Shown: positions 1 through 7,166 of the stretch, in pieces | How the letters are laid out: every line of letters begins with the position of its first letter | Numbering within the stretch: position 1 is the first letter of the stretch | Assembly: GCA_040756085.1 (NCBI GenBank) | Contig: JBFMAE010000356.1 | Span: forward strand, 1-32,622 | Source: Thermodesulfobacteriota bacterium | Lineage (GTDB): Bacteria > Desulfobacterota > BSN033 > UBA1163 | Direction of reading: 5' to 3' | DNA length: 32,622 nt | Program-made: the position numbers and the translations under genes | The notes under the pieces: generated by a model | Database searches by the model: none | The model's input: the letters and a program-made list of their open reading frames with translations, nothing else | What the model was told of the DNA's origin: nothing

Positions 1-2
1 TT

Positions 3-1439
3 CGCCCGATACGACAGTCTGATCTCCTCTGCGCCACCTTGAGAAATAGTGACCTCGCTGCCACCTCTGAGCATCCAGAGGGGATTATTGAGGACGAAAT
101 CATCTCCTTCTTAAAAAAGCAATACCTATTGGGCACTTCTAAAATCTTTTTACGGGAACACCTTGACCTCAAACAGCTCAAAAAAAAGGACGCATTCGAA
201 ACCAAATCGGATCGATTAGTTAAGAAGATCTCCCATCGACTGAGGGAGGTGGAAACCAAAGAGGCAGAAAATCTGCTCGAGGATTTTTTCCGGCATCAGC
301 TGATCGGACTCGAAGATCTGACCCCTAGGCTCAAAGATAAAATTCTCCTCGAAAGATTGACGGATAAATTCCTCAGCTACACCGACCAGTTCTTCCAACA
401 ACTCGACCAGGCCAAAGAGAAAGAGAAATTTCTTAACGTGGCCCTTTCCTTTGTCAGGATGATTCCAGAACTTATTCGGAGGGATCGGTATACGGAGATC
501 CTCCGTATCCTTGAAACTTTTAAGCGACATTTTCACCAAAAAACGTTGTGGGCTCTTTTGGCAGGTCAATTACTTGAGGAGATTGGGAAAGGGGCGATCC
601 CTCTTTTACTTCAAGAAAAATTTCTAACGGAGAAGAAGGAAGTTCGATCTGCGATCATTCCTGTTTTCGTCTCTCTCGAGATTGGAGCCATTCCCCACCT
701 TCTCAACATTTTAAAGAAGAGTGAAGATCAATGGGTAAGAAAGAACGCCTGCGAAGCCTTGATACAGATCGGGCCCGTCGCCGCTATCCTTCTCTTAAAG
801 GAACTGGAAAAACAGCAGACCTCTGTAGAAACGACCTGTGATATCCTTAGGGTTCTTGGAGAGATTAAATCTGAACAGTGGAGATCTCCCCTGATGGAAA
901 TTCTGAAGCGATATACCTCTCATGAAAACCCTAAGCTTAGAGAACAAGGGATCCACACTTTTTGTCAAATCGGAGGGATCGAAGGGGAAGAAATCTTTCT
1001 TTCAAGCCTCAACGATCCAGACCTCGAAGTTCGAAAGAGGGCAGTCTGGTGCCTTGGAATGATCAAAAGCGCCAAAGGGGCTGAAAAGATGATGGAAATT
1101 CTCAAACAGTTATCCCCTGCCCCCTCTCCACAAATGGATCAACTCGAAACCCAGATCTACTACGCCTTTGGCACCTCAGGAAACCTGACGGTCGAAGGGA
1201 AAACCATGGAACAGATTCTCCTCCATATTATTGAGAAAAGAGGGATGAAACGGTGGTGGGGCTTCTTCCAGAAGAATCTTCTCAAGGACGCCCCCCTGGC
1301 GGCCATCTGTGAGGCTTTGGGGAAAATTGGTACCCAAGAATCAATCAAAATATTGACACGTTTAGGAAAAAATCGTGAAGGCCCCTGGATTCCAAAGATG
1401 AGAGAGGCTTTAAAAAAGATTGAGGAACGCAAAAAATAA
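3..1439 (+). CDS. HEAT/PBS-lyase repeat protein (5'-partial, frame open to window edge)
   Basis: Repeated HEAT-like motifs (EDQWVRKNACEALIQIG, DPDLEVRKRAVWCLGMI, AAICEALGKIG). No stop in frame from position 3 to the track's TTG at 39. Confidence 0.8.
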   Translation, partial: RPIRQSDLLCATLRNSDLAATSEHPEGIIEDEIISFLKKQYLLGTSKIFLREHLDLKQLKKKDAFETKSDRLVKKISHRLREVETKEAENLLEDFFRHQLIGLEDLTPRLKDKILLERLTDKFLSYTDQFFQQLDQAKEKEKFLNVALSFVRMIPELIRRDRYTEILRILETFKRHFHQKTLWALLAGQLLEEIGKGAIPLLLQEKFLTEKKEVRSAIIPVFVSLEIGAIPHLLNILKKSEDQWVRKNACEALIQIGPVAAILLLKELEKQQTSVETTCDILRVLGEIKSEQWRSPLMEILKRYTSHENPKLREQGIHTFCQIGGIEGEEIFLSSLNDPDLEVRKRAVWCLGMIKSAKGAEKMMEILKQLSPAPSPQMDQLETQIYYAFGTSGNLTVEGKTMEQILLHIIEKRGMKRWWGFFQKNLLKDAPLAAICEALGKIGTQESIKILTRLGKNREGPWIPKMREALKKIEERKK

Positions 1440-1440
1440 T

Positions 1441-1608
1441 GAATCCTAAATCACAAGCCCTCCACCTAACATGGTGTAGGGCAAGCACCAAGTCCCAAAC
1501 AAATTCCAAAGAATAAAATTCAAATTCCAAACAAAAACGTTTTGGTCATTCGGAATTCATGTTTGGAATTTATTTGGGATTTGGAATTTGTAATTTGGGA
1601 TTTGAAAT
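1441..1608. repeat. Imperfect palindrome of AAATTCC/GGAATTT-type heptamers with a nested 23-nt hairpin insert
   Basis: Left arm AAATCAC/AAGTCCC/AAATTCC units, right arm GGAATTT/GGGATTT units. Insert 1459-1481 is flanked by CAAGC direct repeats. Lies between convergent genes. Confidence 0.75.
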
Positions 1609-1611
1609 AAA

Positions 1612-1815
1612 TTAGGTTGTCTTTACTACTTTGGTCGCCTGGGGTCCTTTCGGACCGTTAGCGATTTCAAACTCTACCTCCTCTCCTGCACGAAGGGATT
1701 TAAATCCTTCGCCCAAGATCCCTGAATAGTGGACAAAAACATCGTCTCCTCCGGGTTGTTCGATAAACCCGAACCCTTTCTTCGTATCAAACCATTTCAC
1801 AAACCCTTTTGCCAA
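1612..1815 (-). CDS. cspA: Cold-shock protein (CspA family)
   Basis: [15 protein letters not shown] (RNP1) and DVFVHYS (RNP2), 67 aa. TTG start with AGGAGG SD. Symbol is family-level. Confidence 0.95.
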   Translation of the reverse strand: MAKGFVKWFDTKKGFGFIEQPGGDDVFVHYSGILGEGFKSLRAGEEVEFEIANGPKGPQATKVVKTT

Positions 1816-1882
1816 GATCTTCGTCCTCCTTTGCTAAAACGGTCTTTTTAGCGGCATTTGATAGCATTTCTCCACAAAGATG

Positions 1883-2821
1883 TCAAGATTTTTGTCTTTC
1901 CCTGGAAATCCTCCTGTCCCCGGTTAACAGGGATGGAGTGGAGGGCGAAGAAGCCCTCCGTGTCGCTAAGTAAACCCCGGAAAGGATCATCCCCCCACCG
2001 GCCAGCGTGATCCATTGAATCTCTTCATTCAAGAGAAGGGAAGCCCCGACCAATGTCACAAAGGGTTCCAGATAGAGGTACATCCCTACAATACTGGAAT
2101 CCTTCTTCTCCAAAGCAGCATACCAAAAGAGATAAGCCAGACCAGAAGAGAGAATCCCTAAAAAGAGGATCCCCATCCATGCGGAGAGGGATAAATGGAA
2201 AAAGGTATTCCATTCTCCTTTCAGAGCAGCTAAGGGAAAGGTGATCAGACATCCCACCATCATAATCGGTGTGATAGCTGTAAGAGATTTGAACCTTGAG
2301 AGAAACCCTCTTCCCACGACAGTAAACGCCGTCCAGGTCAATGCACTGATGAGGATGAGGAAGTCGCCGAAGGTGGCGCCGAGATGAAACATGGAAAAAG
2401 AGAGCTCACCCTTTGAGATCACAAGAAAGACTCCGAGGAAACCAATGATAATCCCCGCCATCTTTCTCGAGGTGATGGCTTCACTGAGATAGAAGCGGGC
2501 TCCAATGGCGATGAAAATGGGCATGATGGCAACGATCCAGCCCGTATTGATCGCAGTCGTATAAAGGAGTCCATAGGCCTGAAGGAGGTTGTGACCTGTA
2601 ATCCCCACGATGGCTAAAAGAAGAATAGTGAGCCAATCTACAGATGAAAAGTTTTTAAGGAATCCCCTATCCTTTTTAAGTTGAATGAGGAGGAGGAGAA
2701 GGGCCCCCATTCCAAACCGGAAGGTGAGAAGGGTGAAGGGATGAATTTCTCTTAAGGCGACTTTCGTGGCAATGAAAGAGAATCCCCAGATGATAACTGC
2801 CGCCAAGGCCTGCCAGGACAA
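1883..2821 (-). CDS. DMT/EamA family transporter
   Basis: About 10 hydrophobic helices in two EamA-like repeats (IWGFSFIATK, YLEPFVT, LLNEEI). Confidence 0.92.
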   Translation of the reverse strand: MSWQALAAVIIWGFSFIATKVALREIHPFTLLTFRFGMGALLLLLIQLKKDRGFLKNFSSVDWLTILLLAIVGITGHNLLQAYGLLYTTAINTGWIVAIMPIFIAIGARFYLSEAITSRKMAGIIIGFLGVFLVISKGELSFSMFHLGATFGDFLILISALTWTAFTVVGRGFLSRFKSLTAITPIMMVGCLITFPLAALKGEWNTFFHLSLSAWMGILFLGILSSGLAYLFWYAALEKKDSSIVGMYLYLEPFVTLVGASLLLNEEIQWITLAGGGMILSGVYLATRRASSPSTPSLLTGDRRISRERQKS

Positions 2822-2875
2822 GAGCTTCCTCTCTTCTTTATTTGATCGTGTCTATTCTTACCATAAAAGAACCAT

Positions 2876-3112
2876 TTGGTAAATGCCATGGAGATGCCGG
2901 TTCAGATGATGGGAGCCGAGGATCCCAAACCCAGTAGGCAAAAGGGAAAAGTGTTGGATAAAGGGTCAGAGACGATCAAGGTCCCTGCTGGGACATTTAA
3001 AACACAACATCTCCAGTACCGGGATGCAGAGGGTGTAGTGTATACCTGGGCCTATAAAGATGTTTTTCCCTATGGTGTGATCAAGTCACAATCCAAAGAT
3101 TTCGAAATTTAA
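2876..3112 (+). pseudogene. Probable gene fragment (contains ETIKVPAGTF motif)
   Basis: The VPAGTF motif is typical of larger exported proteins. Here there is no signal peptide, no clear SD and only 78 aa. Confidence 0.4.
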
Positions 3113-3218
3113 TTAAGAAAATAAAAACATGTAATAATGCAAGGCCTGACCCTTTCCACAATTTCACTAAAAAATGTAAACAATTTTGTGCTCCCGGTAA
3201 TAAAAGGATTCGCCTCTT

Positions 3219-3232
3219 TTGACTTAGATCAA
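3219..3232 (+). promoter_or_regulatory. FNR/Crp-family (HcpR-like) binding site TTGAC-N4-ATCAA
   Basis: TTGACTTAGATCAA. With the candidate -10 TATTGT at 3255-3260 it centres at -41.5, the class II activator position. Confidence 0.65.
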
Positions 3233-3296
3233 GGAAAAAGATTTAAGGGAGGGTTATTGTTTAGTTAAAAATAACCCCTTGGAGGAGGAAAAAAAC

Positions 3297-4085
3297 ATGG
3301 TAACAAGAAAGATTGTCAGGATTGACGAGGAGAAATGCAATGGCTGCGGGCTCTGTATCCCTAACTGCGCTGAGGGGGCACTTCAGATTATTGACGGAAA
3401 AGCCAAATTGATCAGCGACAAGTTCTGTGATGGTCTGGGGGCCTGTCTCGGACACTGCCCCGAGGATACCATCACCATCATTGAAAGGGAAGCTGAAGAT
3501 TTTGATGAAAAGGCAGTGGAAGCCCATCTTCATAAACAGAAAGAGTCGGCACACACTCATGGACCTCAATCTAAACCTCAACCTGTATTCACGAAATGTC
3601 CCTCTTCGAGGGTCTTGCATTTTCAGGTTCCCAAATCCAAGGAGACGGGTACCGCTACCCCATCGGTGTCCATGCTGACCCAATGGCCTGTTCAGTTGAA
3701 GTTGGTTCCGATCAATGCCTCTTATTTTCAGGATGCGGATTTGCTGGTTGCGGCTGATTGTGTCCCATTTGCCTATCCAAGCTTCCATAAGGATTTTCTC
3801 AGAGGAAAGGCTCTGGTGGTGGGCTGCCCGAAACTGGATGATATCCAATTTTATAAAGAAAAATTGACGGAGATCTTCAAGACGAATTCCATTAAAAGCG
3901 TGACCGTTCCTTACATGGAAGTCCCCTGTTGCTTTGGATTGGTCAAAATCACAGAGGATGCTATTGCAGCCTCAGGCAAAAAAATTCCTCTAAAGAAAGT
4001 AAAGATTGGTATCCGGGGACAGATCCAACCAGAAGGGCAAGTGGGAGCGACTCAACGTCCTCGCACTTTTGCTCATCCGCATTAA
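3297..4085 (+). CDS. 4Fe-4S ferredoxin-domain protein of the type usually linked to hybrid cluster protein
   Basis: CNGCGLCIPNC, CDGLGACLGHCP, QWPVQL, ADCVPF, GCPKLDD, EVPCC. ATG at 3297 follows GGAGGAGG. Confidence 0.88.
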   Translation: MVTRKIVRIDEEKCNGCGLCIPNCAEGALQIIDGKAKLISDKFCDGLGACLGHCPEDTITIIEREAEDFDEKAVEAHLHKQKESAHTHGPQSKPQPVFTKCPSSRVLHFQVPKSKETGTATPSVSMLTQWPVQLKLVPINASYFQDADLLVAADCVPFAYPSFHKDFLRGKALVVGCPKLDDIQFYKEKLTEIFKTNSIKSVTVPYMEVPCCFGLVKITEDAIAASGKKIPLKKVKIGIRGQIQPEGQVGATQRPRTFAHPH

Positions 4086-4091
4086 TAAATA

Positions 4092-4260
4092 AAGGGTTTG
4101 AGGGCTCTTGAGGTCAAGGATTCAAGGGTGAATTCTAAAAATCTATTAAACTTATCAACTAATTTCCATTTCTCTTGACCACTTGACCCCAAGATTCCTT
4201 GAACCTTCTGTCTTTGGTATTGCACTTGATCCCTGGAACCCTCGGCCTCTTGAACCCTCC
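4092..4260. repeat. Palindromic element of GGTTCAAG/CTTGAACC-type octamers
   Basis: Left GGTCAAG/GATTCAAG units, right CTTGACC/CTTGAACC units. Same family as 9550-9637 and 26655-26757. Confidence 0.7.
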
Positions 4261-4284
4261 CACAGGATGGGTTAATTAAGATTC

Positions 4285-5202
4285 GTGATTCTCCCATTCC
4301 AAGTCACTAAAAATATCACACTCTTAGGAAGTGAACTTTTCAACCTCTACCTAATCAAAGGGGAAACTTATGCGATCATTGAAGGGGGCATCAGTGGTAT
4401 TACTTACCCTTTCCTGAACCAATTAAAACAACTTAACGTTTCTCCCGAAGCCATCTCCCATCTCATCATTCTCCACGCTCACTTCGACCACATGATGGTC
4501 TTTCCCATTCTCAAAGAAAGATATCCCTGGATGAAAATCGTATCTTCTGCCCAGAACGAAGCGACTTTTTCGAGCGAACGCATCATCGGGAGGATCTACG
4601 AGTCCGATCGCAAGATGACACTCACCCTGATGGAAAGAGGCCTGATCTCAGAAGCTCCAACCCTCCACCCCCATATTACATTTCCACTCGATCTCTCTAT
4701 TAAAGAAGGAGAGGGCCTCGATCTTGGCAAGGGAGTGAGGATAAAGTTTTTCGAAACGCCTGGACACGCTCCCGATGGTATCTGTGCCTATTTGGAGGAG
4801 AAAGAAATTCTTTTCTGTTCTGATTCAGCTGGCTTCTATACCCCTCCCGACTTTTTCCGGCCCAATTATTGGTTTAGCCTGGATGAGGCAGTAAAATCGA
4901 TCGATAAGATGAAAACTAACGACCCAGAAATACTCTGCCGAGGCCATTATGGAGCCATTGTGGGAAGAGATGTCGTCAGGAAACATTTACAAATGTCCAC
5001 CCAGTGTATTGAGGATTTCAAGGCCTTTGTGCTGGAAAGGATTCAGGGGGGAGGGTCGGTTGATACAATTGCAGATGAGGTGACGAAACGGTTTTCGAGG
5101 GGGTTTCTCGAACTCTTTCCGTCTGAAGATAACTACCGCCTCTGGAAATTATTAATCCGAAGGACGCTCGAGCATTTTGGTATTGAGATGGAGGAAAGAT
5201 AA
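4285..5202 (+). CDS. MBL-fold metallo-hydrolase
   Basis: HAHFDH (HxHxDH), TPGHAPD, CRGHYG. Confidence 0.9.
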   Translation: MILPFQVTKNITLLGSELFNLYLIKGETYAIIEGGISGITYPFLNQLKQLNVSPEAISHLIILHAHFDHMMVFPILKERYPWMKIVSSAQNEATFSSERIIGRIYESDRKMTLTLMERGLISEAPTLHPHITFPLDLSIKEGEGLDLGKGVRIKFFETPGHAPDGICAYLEEKEILFCSDSAGFYTPPDFFRPNYWFSLDEAVKSIDKMKTNDPEILCRGHYGAIVGRDVVRKHLQMSTQCIEDFKAFVLERIQGGGSVDTIADEVTKRFSRGFLELFPSEDNYRLWKLLIRRTLEHFGIEMEER

Positions 5203-5213
5203 AAAAGAAATGC

Positions 5214-5265
5214 CAAATGTCAAAATTTCCTGAACTGCGTGGAGTTCAGGAAATTTTGACATTTG
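5214..5265. terminator. Perfect 23-bp inverted repeat between convergent genes
   Basis: CAAATGTCAAAATTTCCTGAACT-gcgtgg-AGTTCAGGAAATTTTGACATTTG. Terminator role is inferred from position. Confidence 0.65.
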
Positions 5266-5291
5266 AAATTTGTTCTTTAATCTTTAATGCA

Positions 5292-5456
5292 TTAACTCTT
5301 TCTCGAGGTTTTAGTCTGGAAGGGGGTAATGAGTTGTTCCAGTTTCCTTCCTCCACATTTTGGGCACTTCGCTTTTCCCTCATCGTGCTCTTTCATGCTG
5401 AGAATGAGAGAAAATTCCTTATTGCATTTAGCACATCGATAATCATAGGTGGGCAT
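5292..5456 (-). CDS. FmdB-family zinc-ribbon protein (54 aa, absent from ORF track)
   Basis: MPTYDYRCAKCNKEFSLILSMKEHDEGKAKCPKCGGRKLEQLITPFQTKTSRKS. Two CxxC motifs and an AGGAGG SD. Confidence 0.9.
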   Translation of the reverse strand: MPTYDYRCAKCNKEFSLILSMKEHDEGKAKCPKCGGRKLEQLITPFQTKTSRKS

Positions 5457-5529
5457 CTCATCTCCCTCCTTTCTTTATAATCTCATTGAATTCCCTTTCA
5501 GAAAAGGGTATTTGTTTTTAACCATTTCT

Positions 5530-5558
5530 AATATAAAAATTCATTGAAAAGCTGTCAA
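5530..5558 (-). promoter_or_regulatory. Sigma70-type promoter of the FmdB-like gene
   Basis: TTGACA-17-TATATT on the minus strand. Confidence 0.6.
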
Positions 5559-5625
5559 TAGTTAACTTCTTTTTTTATCCTTGAAATCACCAGCGGACCC
5601 ATCAGCCCACCGATCCCCAGTAATG

Positions 5626-5752
5626 TAAACCCCGTTAGAAAGGTTGGGGCTTTAAATCCCACCCTTCCTGCCTGCGGTAGGCAGGTCTAAGATGAGTATT
5701 ATTTATTTTTATCATCCACGCCATAAATGGCGTGGCTTTCTAACGGTGTAAA
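5626..5752. mobile_element. Putative non-autonomous palindromic/MITE-like element with nested 19-nt palindrome
   Basis: Terminal IR ACCCCGTTAGAAAG / CTTTCTAACGGTGT (13/14). Subterminal hairpin CCACGCCAT-AA-ATGGCGTGG. Insert CCTGCCTGCGGTAGGCAGG at 5667-5685. Confidence 0.55.
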
Positions 5753-5787
5753 TGCCCACCCCCAATTTGGAACATATCCATATCGGG

Positions 5788-7065
5788 TCAAAGCATCTGT
5801 AGCTTTTTCTGTTCCAATCTCCGTCTCCTATGGAGGAGAAGCTCGATCTCTTTTGGTTGATACGATCGGGTCTGTTCTAATGCCTTTTCGACATAGGCAA
5901 TCGCCCTTTCGCAATCCTTGAGCCGGTGCTCATGGTATTTTGCCAATTCAATATAAGGAAAGACATCTTTCTGATAAGGCCAGTCAATCATCGCCTCCCA
6001 GAGTGATCGAGCCTTCTCTCCCTGGCCTGTTTTCTTAAAAGTCCTGGAGAGCCACTTCATCACTTCCCAGGAGAGATCGTCGTCACACCGTTTGAGTGCG
6101 ATCTCAAAACAGGGGATGGCTTTCTCCAGATGGCCATGCTCATAGAAGAGCCTCCCCAATGCAAAGTGTTCGACCCCCTTTCTGGGTTTGGCTGCCTCAG
6201 GGTCGTGATAAATGAGATGGATCCTTCCAGCCAATGCGACCATAGTAAGGATATCCATCCGATTATGGTAAAAAACCTGGTGAATCCTCTGAGCATCTCC
6301 AGTTCTTAAATAGTCAAAGTAGAGATAGGGAATCCATTCTGAAGAAACATCATCCACTCTTTCCATTCCCAGAAGTTTGGATTCGAGGGTGACCAAGCGG
6401 CAGTTGTCGTACGCCCCCTTCCATATCTTCCTGGAGGGATAGAGAAGGTCGAAATTGGGCATCTGTTTGATTTTGGAGGTCATCCGGGATAGGATGAATC
6501 GAGTCTCGAGCAGCGGGATGTCATAATACCTCCCATTAAAAGTGACCAGGAATTGAAATGATTCAAGCAGATCATTTACCAAGGAGAGCGAGGCCCTTTC
6601 CTCGGAATAGTCCCTCATGAAGAATTGTTGGACGATAAATCCATCCTCCTGAAAGAAACCCAGACCCACCATAAAGGCGAAGGTTCCAGTTCCTCCAGCC
6701 AGGCCGGTCGTTTCGGTATCGAGAAACAGAGCCTTTCGGAGATCCAATTCCTTGAGCCGTTCGTCTCTTGAAAGAAGATGGGCGGGGTAGGTAGGGATGT
6801 TGAGGATTTCTGTCAGGGTCATCTCTCCATATCGAAAGTCAGTAGGAAAATATTCCCTCGCCTGGAAAGTTTCCCCATCGGGAGTTGAAATGACCTCACC
6901 TTTGATCAATTGTTCGATGGGGAGGACCACCTTCTTTCGATAGATCTTCTTCGGTTCGAAAAGTCGATCAATCCTCTGCCTTAAATCGCTGATGACCTGA
7001 GATTTTTCCTCTGGCTGGATTTTGGAAACCGATGTAAGTCTGTTCAATCTTTCTTTGAGATCCAT
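5788..7065 (-). CDS. YprB/MrfB-like RNase H-fold (DEDD) exonuclease with C-terminal TPR
   Basis: FLDTETTGL, VTFNGRYYD, FDLL, HNRMDIL, then TPR-like helices (IELAKYHEHR). Confidence 0.88.
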   Translation of the reverse strand: MDLKERLNRLTSVSKIQPEEKSQVISDLRQRIDRLFEPKKIYRKKVVLPIEQLIKGEVISTPDGETFQAREYFPTDFRYGEMTLTEILNIPTYPAHLLSRDERLKELDLRKALFLDTETTGLAGGTGTFAFMVGLGFFQEDGFIVQQFFMRDYSEERASLSLVNDLLESFQFLVTFNGRYYDIPLLETRFILSRMTSKIKQMPNFDLLYPSRKIWKGAYDNCRLVTLESKLLGMERVDDVSSEWIPYLYFDYLRTGDAQRIHQVFYHNRMDILTMVALAGRIHLIYHDPEAAKPRKGVEHFALGRLFYEHGHLEKAIPCFEIALKRCDDDLSWEVMKWLSRTFKKTGQGEKARSLWEAMIDWPYQKDVFPYIELAKYHEHRLKDCERAIAYVEKALEQTRSYQPKEIELLLHRRRRLEQKKLQML

Positions 7066-7075
7066 GGGTCTCTAA

Positions 7076-7166
7076 AATTCTAAGTTCGGAGTTATTAGTT
7101 CGTAGTTCGGAGCATTGAATTAAAAGCATTAGGTAAATTTTTTACTCCGAACTCTTAACTACAAAT
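7076..7166. repeat. Palindromic element of AGTTCGG/CCGAACT heptamers
   Basis: AGTTCGG AGTTATT AGTTCGT AGTTCGG ... ACTCCGAACTCTTAACT. Same family as 17545-17612. Confidence 0.7.

Noticed and set aside
3138-3156. CAAGGCCTGACCC as a transposon end
   Set aside because: Single short motif with no partner end or transposase in the window.
4082-4297. Track ORFs over intergenic repeats (also 1345-1530, 5217-5480, 21913-22113, 23558-23845, 27452-27667)
   Set aside because: They translate repeat arrays or are antisense to or overlap real genes, with no recognisable motifs.
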